Shown in pieces: positions 18,858-28,655 of a stretch of DNA of 64,000 bases. Both the position numbers and the translations under genes were made by a program. Source of the stretch: a virus; the IMG/VR virus record IMGVR_UViG_3300032282_004053, positions 3,987-67,986 of that record. One strand, written 5' to 3'. The notes below the pieces were generated by a model. It saw nothing but the letters and a program-made list of their open reading frames with translations, made no database searches and was not told where the DNA came from. Position 1 is the first letter of the stretch; every line of letters begins with the position of its first letter.

Positions 18858-21824
18858 ATGGCGCATTTAAGTCAGAGTGGGTTAACATTTGGATATAGAC
18901 AAGGCGGCAATGAAGGCGGCGATACTGCACTCCTATTAATTCCAGAGAATGCATTAGTGCCGGTATACGGAGCTAATCCAAATCTTACAGATTGGACTCG
19001 ATATAGCGAGGCAGATGGATATTATATAGGTGCTACACAGACAAATGCTGACATAGGTACCACAATCGCCGGCGTTGCTGGTGGCTTATATAGTGTAGGG
19101 ATGTCGTCCACATCTTACGGAAGATATCATCATGATCCTATATCCGGAGGGGTTTATATAAACTTCAATGACCCTTACCCTAGTGGACAAGGCCCGGGAA
19201 TAACAAATTCTACCGGAGGTAATCTGACTAACGCAAGTTATCCTTATAATTCGAATAATCAAACTTGGATTAGATATGGATTTACCGGCGGAGCATCTAC
19301 CTATCCAACGATGTATTCAAGTGCGGGTGATCATACTCATACACTAACAACCGGAGTTACATTAACGATTGAGGTTACAGCTACTAATCAAGATAGAATC
19401 GACATTTCTCCAACCCCTATAACCTATATCAAAATAAACACAGTAGCAGTAACTTATAGTTATACTCGCGGCCATACATTAGCAGTAATTAACCCTAGTA
19501 CTAGAACGCTTGATAGTATTACTACATATGATACGTACGGTGCCGGCAACTCAACGGCCCTGCTAAACGCATTAAACACCGTTGATTATGGAAAACTCGT
19601 TGTTATTACCTCATACGATGGAATATCTCTTGATTCAGCTACGAGAGATTTATTAAATAGTTCTACTTTTAGACAGGTTGGTGACAGTTTAATATCTGAT
19701 ACTTGGACAAGCCAACGTGTAAGTCATTTATTTATTGGATTTAAAAAAGATACGATTCTTGCAGCAGTACCTGGATTTACCCCGGTTGAGGCAGCAGTAG
19801 TCGGTGCCAGCGAAGCTAGCCCTACTAGAACTTTCACAGATGCAGGAACCTTTGTGTCTGCTAGTTCTTTTCGACCACAGACTATAGAGGTTACCTTACT
19901 AAGAGCAAATAAATCAACCGATGTTCTTCCAATAAATTCTTTAGTTTTTAGTCAACTAATGCCAAACGATTATGCTGATGTAGTAACTACCGGCGGTGCT
20001 GCGGCATATTTAAAGGGAGTCTCGTCCGGTGGTACTACGTTATCAGCTATTACATCACTTAGTTCTGCATTAACTGTTAGTACAAGCGGTATACATCATC
20101 ATTATTATGCTTATCCAGTACCAGCCAACTATGGAACTAGAGAATATCCTAAATATTCGCTTGGTCCAAATGGCGAACCAGCCCATACTATTGCAGCAAA
20201 TGCTACCGATACACCAAATTCCGGGGCACATACTCATCCTACTTCTATACAGTTTTCTCAACCTAATTTAAATAGTACTTTACTTAAATTATGGAAAAAT
20301 ATTAGTGCAGAGGCACCAACGACCGATATTATTTTAATGTATGTTGGTGACTTAACTAATTTTTCTGTACCAAATTGGCATATATGTGATGGCACTAACG
20401 GAACAGTAAATATACCTTCAGCCTTTGTAGGATATAATAGTACGGATGGTACATGGGGAACATCTACAAGTGATCTAACAGGTCTTAATTATACTACAGC
20501 CCTTTCTCAGTCAGATTGGAATCATACTCATTTCCGTACCGTATACGGTAATTTTTGGGAAACCGGTGATCTGCAAAATCATAACACTACACTTTTTTAC
20601 CATACGCATCCTCTTACTGGAATTGCTGCTAGATATAAACCACCGATGATTAAGGTTGCATTTATTCAATATAAAGGGTATCCGTCCTTTACACCAATCC
20701 CCCCATTAAATACTCAAATACCAATAATAACCGGAACGCCATATTATAATAATACATTAACATGCTCAACGGGTGTTTGGACATCTACTACTGATCTTAC
20801 TTATAAATATCAATGGCAATACGGTAGTGGGGCATCATTCACTAATATTGTGGGAGCTACCGCTAATACGTATGGCCCATTAGCATACTTACAGTATATA
20901 GGACAAACATTAAGATGTATGGTTACAGCAACAAATAGAATAGGGTCTGTACTCTCAATATCAGCACCAACCGCAGCAATTACTGGCCCGGTAACCGGTG
21001 AGTTTGTTGCTAGTGCATCTTCAGGCACATGGGTATGCCCAACCGGTGTGACCTCTATATCAGTGCTCTGTGTTGGCGCAGGTGGAGGTGGATACAACAA
21101 TGGCGGTGGCGGTGGCGGTGGCGCGTTAGCATACGGTAATAGTATTACTGTTGTGCCGGGCCAATCATACAGTTATGTTGCAGGCGCCGGATCTGCTGGC
21201 AATAATGGAGGATCCTCATCATTTAACACATCATGGGTAGTTGCAGGTGGCGGAATTGTCGGGGCTAGTGGAATTGCTAGACAGTGCGGAGGTGGGGGCG
21301 GCGCCGGTGGATATGGAGGAACCGGGGGTATTGGTAGTTACTGTGGGGGGACCGGGCCATTTTATGCCGGCGGCGCTGGCGGAAATTATTCTGGAACATA
21401 TTGTACCGGTGGTGGGTCGGGCGGGTCGGGCGGAAGAGGATCTGGTCAAAGTGGCGGAGCAATTGGTTATAGAGATGTTAATGCTAACGGCAATCAGGGA
21501 GGCGGGGGAGGTGGAGGTACTGGCTACTTCTTTGAAAGTGGGGCACAGGGAGGAGGAGGAGTAGGTATATTTGGGAAAGGTACGGCCGGTATAGGCACTT
21601 TAGGAACGGTATCGATAGGAGCATCCGGCTACGCTCAAATGAATGGCGGTAGCGGCGGCGGTAACGGCGGTAGTTACGGCGCAGGTGGACTGTATGGCGG
21701 CGGAGCATGTGGTATAAGGCCTTCTAGTGGGGTCCTATCCAATATTGGCGGAGCTGGGGCGGTACGTATAATATGGCCCGGTAATCTAAGACAATTTCCA
21801 TCAACAAACGTAACCGCATTATAA
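18858..21824 (+). CDS. Tail fibre/adhesin with collar-like segment, ILEI/PANDER-like insert, Ig-like domain and glycine-rich C-terminus
   Basis: H-T-H motifs, WHICDGTNGT, RGHTLAVIN...YDTY...VITSYD, P.ITG...LTCSTG.W...YQWQ, poly-Gly tail ending GAVRIIWPG. Confidence 0.75.
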   Translation: MAHLSQSGLTFGYRQGGNEGGDTALLLIPENALVPVYGANPNLTDWTRYSEADGYYIGATQTNADIGTTIAGVAGGLYSVGMSSTSYGRYHHDPISGGVYINFNDPYPSGQGPGITNSTGGNLTNASYPYNSNNQTWIRYGFTGGASTYPTMYSSAGDHTHTLTTGVTLTIEVTATNQDRIDISPTPITYIKINTVAVTYSYTRGHTLAVINPSTRTLDSITTYDTYGAGNSTALLNALNTVDYGKLVVITSYDGISLDSATRDLLNSSTFRQVGDSLISDTWTSQRVSHLFIGFKKDTILAAVPGFTPVEAAVVGASEASPTRTFTDAGTFVSASSFRPQTIEVTLLRANKSTDVLPINSLVFSQLMPNDYADVVTTGGAAAYLKGVSSGGTTLSAITSLSSALTVSTSGIHHHYYAYPVPANYGTREYPKYSLGPNGEPAHTIAANATDTPNSGAHTHPTSIQFSQPNLNSTLLKLWKNISAEAPTTDIILMYVGDLTNFSVPNWHICDGTNGTVNIPSAFVGYNSTDGTWGTSTSDLTGLNYTTALSQSDWNHTHFRTVYGNFWETGDLQNHNTTLFYHTHPLTGIAARYKPPMIKVAFIQYKGYPSFTPIPPLNTQIPIITGTPYYNNTLTCSTGVWTSTTDLTYKYQWQYGSGASFTNIVGATANTYGPLAYLQYIGQTLRCMVTATNRIGSVLSISAPTAAITGPVTGEFVASASSGTWVCPTGVTSISVLCVGAGGGGYNNGGGGGGGALAYGNSITVVPGQSYSYVAGAGSAGNNGGSSSFNTSWVVAGGGIVGASGIARQCGGGGGAGGYGGTGGIGSYCGGTGPFYAGGAGGNYSGTYCTGGGSGGSGGRGSGQSGGAIGYRDVNANGNQGGGGGGGTGYFFESGAQGGGGVGIFGKGTAGIGTLGTVSIGASGYAQMNGGSGGGNGGSYGAGGLYGGGACGIRPSSGVLSNIGGAGAVRIIWPGNLRQFPSTNVTAL

Positions 21825-21862
21825 ACAGATTATATTAAAGTAACTTTAAGGAATAACATATT

Positions 21863-22375
21863 ATGACTCAGCACGTTGCAATCGCATTTGATAAGTATAA
21901 TAATACTTTTTCAGGCAAAATAGATAATAAAATATGTATGTGGGATAGTATCGAAGAGGTCAAAGCGCAAACAGGATTCCCGTATACGTCTACCTTTAAA
22001 ATGCTATTCTATGAACCTCTTAGAAATATCTATCATATAGAAAGAGATTATGGAGTTCAATCTATCGGAGAAGATATAGAAGAATTTCAATGGATAAAAG
22101 ATAATCTTGCTGCAATAGAAAGCGCAATCGATGGTAAAATAATTCCTGTACAGAACCCAATAACCATGGGGTCGGTACGCTTTGGTTATTTGCACGGCAC
22201 AGATTGGTTAATAATTAGACATCAGGATGAATTACTCGCTAGTAAAACTCCTACTCTAACCCCTCAACAATTAACTGATGTGTTAGTATATAGACAAGCA
22301 TTGCGGGACTTATCAAATACTTTTTCAACAAATGCTGACGCAGCCACAGTTACTTGGCCTACATATCCGCTATAA
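21863..22375 (+). CDS. Tail fibre assembly chaperone
   Basis: C-terminal TDW...YRQALRDL...WP motif, directly after the fibre genes. Confidence 0.8.
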   Translation: MTQHVAIAFDKYNNTFSGKIDNKICMWDSIEEVKAQTGFPYTSTFKMLFYEPLRNIYHIERDYGVQSIGEDIEEFQWIKDNLAAIESAIDGKIIPVQNPITMGSVRFGYLHGTDWLIIRHQDELLASKTPTLTPQQLTDVLVYRQALRDLSNTFSTNADAATVTWPTYPL

Positions 22376-22412
22376 TTTTTTATAGGGGATATGTATAACG
22401 CTAAGTAATTAC

Positions 22413-23219
22413 ATGTATAAACCACATTTACTTGTTGTACTTCAATCACATAGTAAGGGCGATAGTCAACATTACTTAGGCCTTAATAAACACGAGAGAT
22501 TCTGTAAAGCACCCAAAGCTGAGATAACTCGTCGTTGTAGCCTAAGTTTAGTTGCAACAATGAATCATTATAAAAAAATGGTCCCAGATTCAGACGTAGA
22601 GTTAGTTATATTTGATGACCATAGTGATGAAGATACTATTACCGAATTAAAATATAACTTAAGTACTGCTACATTCCCGACCCAACTAATACATTTAGAA
22701 ACTTATGGAATTATGCCTAGTATATTAAGATGCTACGAGCATGGACGTGATTTTGGTAAAGATATCGTATATTTTGCCCAAGATGACTATCTATACGATA
22801 CTACCGCTATACATGATATGATATTAACCATGTATAGTACATCTAATAACTTAGGCAATTTTACCTGCATTTTTCCATATGATGACCCATACAGATATAT
22901 ACCAGCTAACACCGTAGTTAAAAGTCATATTATACGTAGTCAGGGCAGACATTGGAGAACATTAACAATGACAGCTAGCCCTTTTATGACGCAGATCAAA
23001 GTAATAAAAGATAATTGGGATCTTTTTGAGGCTATGGGTAAACATCCAGTAACTGCAAAAATGGAAGATAATACTATTAACAAACTGTTCTACCAGCGCG
23101 GCTACTATCTATTTGTACCTATCCCAAGTCTAGCATTACATATGCAGTATGATACTGAGATGGACGATCAAATGGATTGGCAATCTTGGTGGAATAGGTT
23201 TGAGAAGAAATCTAATTAG
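22413..23219 (+). CDS. GT-A fold glycosyltransferase (family 2-like)
   Basis: IFDDHS, YFAQDDY (DxD-like) and PIPSLALH. Confidence 0.7.
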   Translation: MYKPHLLVVLQSHSKGDSQHYLGLNKHERFCKAPKAEITRRCSLSLVATMNHYKKMVPDSDVELVIFDDHSDEDTITELKYNLSTATFPTQLIHLETYGIMPSILRCYEHGRDFGKDIVYFAQDDYLYDTTAIHDMILTMYSTSNNLGNFTCIFPYDDPYRYIPANTVVKSHIIRSQGRHWRTLTMTASPFMTQIKVIKDNWDLFEAMGKHPVTAKMEDNTINKLFYQRGYYLFVPIPSLALHMQYDTEMDDQMDWQSWWNRFEKKSN

Positions 23220-24024
23220 CGATTAGTTCATCAAGTATTGCGCGGGCAGTATATTGTGGAACATATCCCAAAGCCCGTAGTTTGCTACAATCCATTAATG
23301 TAGATTTAGGTTGTGCGTTAGCAGCAGAAGTTGGAATATTTTTTATCACTGAGGCAGAATCTATCTTGCTTTTAGCATATCTAATTGCATCACCAAAATT
23401 AGTAGATTCTTGATTACCGACATTATAGATAGCATTTAATTCTCCGCTAGTTATAATCAAATTAATTGCTCTACATAAGTCAGACACATGGATGTAGTCA
23501 CGGATAAAATTACCATTGTCATTCAATTCAATGTCGTGTCCTTTTTTAAGTCTATTAATCAAATAAGTTAATGCATTCTTTTTTGAAGATACTTTGGTAT
23601 CATTTAGTCCTAATACGTTAGCAAACCTAAGTATACGATATTTAATTTTGAAAGTCTCACAATAAGCTATAAGCAATTGTTCGGCTGTTCTTTTGGTAAT
23701 AGAATAAAATCCTTTTGGATCGCAATAAGAATCTTCCTTTATAGGACTAGGTACTTGCCCATATACAAACCAACTACTTGCAAAATTAAATACCATATTC
23801 TCTTTATTTTTGCAGTTTTCTAATACACGTAACAGTGTGGTAATATTAGTTTCTACGTCAATAAAAGGGTTAGTATAAACATTATAATTGTCAACTGTAC
23901 TAATAAGGAAAAGAATTTGATTACAGCCGGCGTGTACCGTAAGATCATTTCGATCATTTACTATGCAATCATAGTCCTTACTATATTGCTTACCAACGAA
24001 CCCATTACCAAATAGATTTACCAT
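23212..24024 (-). CDS. NAD-dependent epimerase/dehydratase (extended SDR)
   Basis: GNGFVG, ASSWFVYG, catalytic YSITK, RDYIHV.D, IYNVG. Confidence 0.9.
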   Translation of the reverse strand: MVNLFGNGFVGKQYSKDYDCIVNDRNDLTVHAGCNQILFLISTVDNYNVYTNPFIDVETNITTLLRVLENCKNKENMVFNFASSWFVYGQVPSPIKEDSYCDPKGFYSITKRTAEQLLIAYCETFKIKYRILRFANVLGLNDTKVSSKKNALTYLINRLKKGHDIELNDNGNFIRDYIHVSDLCRAINLIITSGELNAIYNVGNQESTNFGDAIRYAKSKIDSASVIKNIPTSAANAQPKSTLMDCSKLRALGYVPQYTARAILDELIAN

Positions 24025-25292
24025 TGTTTGATCACCCCACTGATATAATCTAATACTTGATCATTATACAACGGAGTACATCCAATAAAAAATACATAAT
24101 CAAGTGTTTTATTGGCGTTGGGAAATTTCTTATAATCTCCTAAATGTTTATATCCAGGATGTAGTAAAATATTACCACCAAAGTAGTTACGAGTCTGTAC
24201 TCTATTACTTTCGAAATGCGCTACTAGCATTTCTTTCTCACCCAATTCTCTACATACGATAGGTACACCAAACCAACTAGGCACAACATTATCTAATACT
24301 TTTACCGGGGCAATTCCCAAATGATTAACTAAAACCTGTTCAATATAATTCTTATTATATATTCGTTTTTCGCAAATCTCATCAGCTTTGGTTAATTGAA
24401 CGGACCCTACTGCCCCTTGCATATCTAGTGGTTTAAGATTATACCCCATATTGCTATAGATATATTTGTGGTCAATAATACCGTCGTAGTTTTCTAGCCA
24501 ATAGCTGAATCTCTTACCGCATGTGCCGCAAGAAAGTAAATTATTAGCTCCCATACAATAGCAATCTCTTCCCCACCAACTAATACTACGTGCTAATTCA
24601 ATAAGAGCATTATCGTTTGAGCAAACCATTCCACCTTCACCTGTACTGATATGATGTGCCGGGTAAAAACTACAAGACCAACTATGGTAATAATCACTTA
24701 GATATTTACCGTTATACTTAGTGCCCAAACTATCGCAGTTATCACCTACTAATACCAAACCATACTCGTCACATATCTTTTTAATTACCTCTATATTTGG
24801 AGGATTACCTAATACAGGAGATACGATGATTGCTTTAGTTTTCTTCGTTATAGCCGCTTCAATTAATTCTACATCAAAATTTAGAGTACCAAACTCAATA
24901 TCAATAAAGCGCGGCTTTAATTTGTTCTGTACTATAGGTGCAATTGTAGTAGGGAATCCAACAGGTGAAACGATAATTTCATCATCATCATTCCAACGAA
25001 ATCTTTTCTTTAGCGCAGCAATCATTACTAGATTAGCTGAGCTACCAGAGTTCACCATATGACAATGTTTGACGTTAAACTTCTCAGAGAATTCTCTTTG
25101 GAACTTTTCTACTTTACTACCGCTAACGATCCAATCCCCATTTAGAATAGAATCTAGCATAGCTTCTATTTCCAGATGATTCCAATAAGGTCCTGCATAC
25201 AATACTGTATCCTTTGTAGGATCAAACTTATCATAATTCTTTATGTATTTGGGATTATATGCTTTGCTGATTTCTACAAGATTATACTGCAT
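24018..25292 (-). CDS. rfbH: CDP-4-keto-6-deoxyglucose 3-dehydrase-like enzyme (RfbH/DdhC, DegT/DnrJ family)
   Basis: VNSGSSANL, DNCDSLG, SFYPAHHISTGEGG (His in place of the Schiff-base Lys) and the Cys cluster WGRDCYC...CGTCGKRF...DHKY. Confidence 0.85.
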   Translation of the reverse strand: MQYNLVEISKAYNPKYIKNYDKFDPTKDTVLYAGPYWNHLEIEAMLDSILNGDWIVSGSKVEKFQREFSEKFNVKHCHMVNSGSSANLVMIAALKKRFRWNDDDEIIVSPVGFPTTIAPIVQNKLKPRFIDIEFGTLNFDVELIEAAITKKTKAIIVSPVLGNPPNIEVIKKICDEYGLVLVGDNCDSLGTKYNGKYLSDYYHSWSCSFYPAHHISTGEGGMVCSNDNALIELARSISWWGRDCYCMGANNLLSCGTCGKRFSYWLENYDGIIDHKYIYSNMGYNLKPLDMQGAVGSVQLTKADEICEKRIYNKNYIEQVLVNHLGIAPVKVLDNVVPSWFGVPIVCRELGEKEMLVAHFESNRVQTRNYFGGNILLHPGYKHLGDYKKFPNANKTLDYVFFIGCTPLYNDQVLDYISGVIKQW

Positions 25293-26033
25293 TTATATTA
25301 CTCTCCATGGTGTCATTACTATGTTCATATTACCAAAATAATATTCTTTGTTTACAAACATCATTGTTAAAATTCGTTCTGATAAGAAAGCCAACATTCT
25401 AGTCTGTGGTTTATTTGCAGCAAGTTCACCTTGAGTCTGAATATACGGCAGAGAATATTTAACTCCGTTGTATAGCTCAAAAATTATTTCAAATAGAATC
25501 TCACATACTTTATTAAAAACAGTTCGATGTCCAAAAAACATATTACAAGAGGATAGACTCTTAATTTGTTTAAGGACATCTATCATATTAGCGGTCATAT
25601 TAATTTTATTCTGTGACGAAGCCTCATATAAAATATGAAATCCTATCTCTCCGCACCAACGAATATATTGATCATATGCACTCTGCTCAAAATGAAGCGG
25701 CGCGGATATGTATAAAGAAGTTTGGTCTAGTTTTAGAGTAGATACAAACTCATCATCCCAAAATCTTCGATATTGGTTGGTCCCGACAAATTCATCATTT
25801 GTATTTTTCCATATCCAATATAATCCGGTTAAGTCGCCTACCCATTTGTTTAAATCAGATATGTTATCTAGTGTATCGTCAAATAAGTAACCCCTATTTG
25901 TTAGGTATGCTCTATAACTAGCATCAGTAATAGAAGATGCCCCCAACATAAGATTTTTCTGATTAAATTGAGTATATAGATGTTCAGATTTATGAAAACA
26001 ATTACAATATAATGTTAACGGAGAATATGTCAT
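25293..26033 (-). CDS. DUF4422-like glycosyltransferase domain protein
   Basis: DD..DNIS.LN....DLT..YWIWKN, VG...YRRF, CNMF, R...FLSER. Confidence 0.75.
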   Translation of the reverse strand: MTYSPLTLYCNCFHKSEHLYTQFNQKNLMLGASSITDASYRAYLTNRGYLFDDTLDNISDLNKWVGDLTGLYWIWKNTNDEFVGTNQYRRFWDDEFVSTLKLDQTSLYISAPLHFEQSAYDQYIRWCGEIGFHILYEASSQNKINMTANMIDVLKQIKSLSSCNMFFGHRTVFNKVCEILFEIIFELYNGVKYSLPYIQTQGELAANKPQTRMLAFLSERILTMMFVNKEYYFGNMNIVMTPWRVI

Positions 26034-26034
26034 C

Positions 26035-26292
26035 TTATTGTTTAAGTATTTCTATTACCCGTTCTGGTTTGATAATTTCATGTATTGGGCGGGGATTCTT
26101 TATGATAGTTTCGATTTCTACCACTTCCCACCCATCCATACTGTGTCTATTACGTAGTATCATAGTTAGATGCGCTCTGAGCGGGCCAATCTTAGTCCAG
26201 ACTTTGCCATTCTTTCGCCAATTTGGATGAGAACCACCTGTGCTAAACAATCCAGTTCTGCTGTCTCGAATTTTATAAAAGGTATCAGCCAC
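26035..26292 (-). CDS. Phage hypothetical protein
   Basis: 85 aa, GTG start, operonic. Confidence 0.65.
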   Translation of the reverse strand: MADTFYKIRDSRTGLFSTGGSHPNWRKNGKVWTKIGPLRAHLTMILRNRHSMDGWEVVEIETIIKNPRPIHEIIKPERVIEILKQ

Positions 26293-26389
26293 GATCTATC
26301 CAATACCGTATAATGTCAACGATAGCTGCAATGCCGGCGACGATACATAAGCCCCATACTGCGTAATAAGCAAACAACATAACATTCAT
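26285..26389 (-). CDS. Small single-TM membrane protein (34 aa; not in ORF track)
   Basis: MNVMLFAYYAVWGLCIVAGIAAIVDIIRYWIDRG; overlaps its neighbours at both ends. Confidence 0.55.
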   Translation of the reverse strand: MNVMLFAYYAVWGLCIVAGIAAIVDIIRYWIDRG

Positions 26390-26511
26390 AATCCTTGTGC
26401 TCTTCTATTTGGACACGCTTCGCATGGTTGCATGGGTTCAGTCATGGCACATTCACTACAGGTTAGATCCCAAATTTTAATTATCTGCATGTTTTTCGAT
26501 GTATGCATCAT
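26386..26511 (-). CDS. 41-aa CxxC-CxxC microprotein (not in ORF track)
   Basis: MMHTSKNMQIIKIWDLTCSECAMTEPMQPCEACPNRRAQGL; ATGA overlaps on both sides. Confidence 0.55.
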   Translation of the reverse strand: MMHTSKNMQIIKIWDLTCSECAMTEPMQPCEACPNRRAQGL

Positions 26512-26720
26512 TTAATTCCAAAGTGTTGTTTGAGTTCTTCCACACCTACACAATTACCGTGAGCATTGGGATAGCCGGTATCCTTTAATACTTGAATACA
26601 TTCTTCTATCAATGATTCGGCAAACTTCTCGGCAAACAAAAAATGTTCATGGTGAAAAGCTAACGGGGCAGGTACTTTAGATATAGCCTGTCCGGCAAGT
26701 TTAAAAATCCGTTCGTTCAT
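26508..26720 (-). CDS. Phage hypothetical protein
   Basis: Likely start MNERIFKLA at 26720, just after the upstream stop; ends KQHFGIK. Confidence 0.65.
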   Translation of the reverse strand: MNERIFKLAGQAISKVPAPLAFHHEHFLFAEKFAESLIEECIQVLKDTGYPNAHGNCVGVEELKQHFGIK

Positions 26721-26721
26721 C

Positions 26722-26988
26722 TCAAATCTCCCAACATCTCTTTTCGTAATCCCAATGTCTAGTTTCATAGATACTACAGTTAATGGAATATCCCAACAAA
26801 CCTACATCAATCTGTAATCCTGCATGATCACCGGACATTCGATAGTTAATTGCCAACTGAACCAGTGTGGTGGATTTCATAATCTGGAATTCCCAAGCTT
26901 TGTATTTGGCTAACATACCACCAATAACATATATAGTAGCCCACCGGTCAATGTACGGTATGGATAGTTCAAAGTTTAAGTTTATCAT
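26722..26988 (-). CDS. Phage hypothetical protein
   Basis: 88 aa, ATGA-coupled. Confidence 0.65.
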   Translation of the reverse strand: MINLNFELSIPYIDRWATIYVIGGMLAKYKAWEFQIMKSTTLVQLAINYRMSGDHAGLQIDVGLLGYSINCSIYETRHWDYEKRCWEI

Positions 26989-27158
26989 TTTTGTGGGCGA
27001 AGCAAATAGTTAACGACAATCAAACCCCAATCAATCAATCCAGTTATAATATCACCTTTGGCAAAAGATTCCATACCTGCAAGAAACAAAAAGCCAATCA
27101 AAAACCAAGTAATCTCAACATTATTTTCGCGTAACCAATTTATAATTTTAGTAAACAT
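26985..27158 (-). CDS. Small membrane protein (57 aa; not in ORF track)
   Basis: MFTKIINWLRENNVEITWFLIGFLFLAG...; AGGAG RBS and ATGA overlap downstream. Confidence 0.65.
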   Translation of the reverse strand: MFTKIINWLRENNVEITWFLIGFLFLAGMESFAKGDIITGLIDWGLIVVNYLLRPQK

Positions 27159-27185
27159 CTATTTCTCCTTAATCTATATCACATT

Positions 27186-27578
27186 CTAACATTTTAGAAT
27201 CCACTTTTTAAGTGCAGTAAGTTCTTCTTTAGTGAGCTTTTGTATAGCTTCGTCAGCTAACTTTTTTTCTTCGGTTTCTTTTACTTCACGTTTACGATCA
27301 GCTTTACAATGCGTATCCCACCAATCAGCTAACTCTCTGGAAGTTTTATCATGAGCATTATATACAATAGTTTCCAATTGTGTTTTGGATAAATCTTTCA
27401 ATTCGGCACATAACGTAGGAACAAAGTCTGAAGCACAATAGGGATTAGCTGCTTCAGATTTCAATGTTTTAGTTATGGGATAACCCAATTTTTTATATAC
27501 ATAGACTAGTAGTTTGGCTGTTTGTTGTAAATATACTTTTCGAGTCGACGGATTCAAATAATCACTGTTGCAGGGCAT
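27186..27578 (-). CDS. Phage hypothetical protein
   Basis: 130 aa, AGGAG RBS. Confidence 0.7.
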   Translation of the reverse strand: MPCNSDYLNPSTRKVYLQQTAKLLVYVYKKLGYPITKTLKSEAANPYCASDFVPTLCAELKDLSKTQLETIVYNAHDKTSRELADWWDTHCKADRKREVKETEEKKLADEAIQKLTKEELTALKKWILKC

Positions 27579-27600
27579 TACTGTTCTCCTAAAGGTCTTA

Positions 27601-27855
27601 CTAGGCCATTAATTTAGCCATAAGCAGCAATTTATCGAGATGGTCAATTGCTTTATTGATTTTATTCAATATGGGTTGGGTAAAGGTAATACTATGGATA
27701 CGTCTAGCTTCTACTTCCATTTTGCTTAGTTCTGTAACCATATCGTCGATGTTCTTCAGCATTTTTCGTAGGTCAGGATTATGACCTAATGCCCGTAATT
27801 GAGCATCTAGCTGAATACTAAGTTTAGACCAATCTAAAGCATTTTTGATTTCCAT
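27601..27855 (-). CDS. Helical hypothetical protein, probably leaderless
   Basis: Start MEIKNA at 27855. The longer ORF-track start at 27924 runs through a terminator and a promoter. Confidence 0.7.
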   Translation of the reverse strand: MEIKNALDWSKLSIQLDAQLRALGHNPDLRKMLKNIDDMVTELSKMEVEARRIHSITFTQPILNKINKAIDHLDKLLLMAKLMA

Positions 27856-27861
27856 AATAGA

Positions 27862-27890
27862 ATTATACGCTATGCAAGGATTAATGTCAA
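27862..27890 (-). promoter_or_regulatory. Sigma70-type early promoter
   Basis: TTGACA-17 nt-TATAAT. Confidence 0.85.
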
Positions 27891-27892
27891 TT

Positions 27893-27919
27893 AAAAAAGG
27901 GCACCGAAGTGCCCTTTTT
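27893..27919. terminator. Intrinsic terminator after the porin gene, potentially bidirectional
   Basis: Minus strand AAAAAGGGCAC-TTCG-GTGCCCTTTTTT (cUUCGg loop). Confidence 0.9.
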
Positions 27920-27938
27920 ATCACTATTCTAAATTAAA

Positions 27939-28655
27939 TTAGAATGCTTTTGCTACGGAAAGAACAATTGCGTTTTTGTAAAGCTTTTCACCGGCTACAG
28001 TATCAGCAACTTTAGCTGCTGCTGTTAGACCACGATTAGTGTAGTAATGAGCACCAACATCCAACCCAGCCACAGCATATGTAGCACCAACTTTAACATC
28101 AGTATAATTGCTTGATGAATGGTTAGCAACTGAAGTATGACCAATATGAGCATTAAGAGTTAACTTCTTGTCCATTGGCATATTCAAATCAGCTTGGTAA
28201 TATTTGCTACCTTTACTATTAGTAGTAGCAAAGTAATCACCCAAAGATTGGCTATACTTAACACTTACTGGACCTGTTGCTGCACCAATATAAGCTTCAT
28301 GCGTATTGCTTACGCTATTGAATGTATTACCCGAACGTGAGTAGTAGTAGTTATAAGAACCTACATCAATGGTTACACCTTTAACGACTTCTTTTTTGAA
28401 GCCAGCATAAACATCGTTTTCCATCCCAATGCTATCAGTATACAAAGCACTGCTGACACTGCTGTTCCAATTACCAACATAAAATCCACTCTTGTTAGCG
28501 TAATCAATCCCGCCCTGTAGAGCTTGTGAATTTGCTGTTTGGCTAATACCGCGGAAGCGATAATCAGATGCAACACCAACATTACCTGATACTTGAGCAT
28601 AACTTGCTCCGATTGATGATACTACTAACAATGCTGCTAATACGATTTTTTTCAT
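27939..28655 (-). CDS. TorF/Gcw_chp-family outer-membrane beta-barrel (putative porin)
   Basis: Signal peptide, SGNV.V.SDYRFRGISQT...ALQGG.DY...SGFYVG.W.S, E.D.YAG, C-terminal Phe. Confidence 0.88.
   Translation of the reverse strand: MKKIVLAALLVVSSIGASYAQVSGNVGVASDYRFRGISQTANSQALQGGIDYANKSGFYVGNWNSSVSSALYTDSIGMENDVYAGFKKEVVKGVTIDVGSYNYYYSRSGNTFNSVSNTHEAYIGAATGPVSVKYSQSLGDYFATTNSKGSKYYQADLNMPMDKKLTLNAHIGHTSVANHSSSNYTDVKVGATYAVAGLDVGAHYYTNRGLTAAAKVADTVAGEKLYKNAIVLSVAKAF

Noticed and set aside
14060-21708. Many antisense and alternate-frame ORFs over the fibre genes, also over 31.6-41.2 kb and the AAA/VWA genes
   Set aside because: Shadow ORFs caused by biased Gly/Thr/Ala codons; no RBS, promoter or protein motifs
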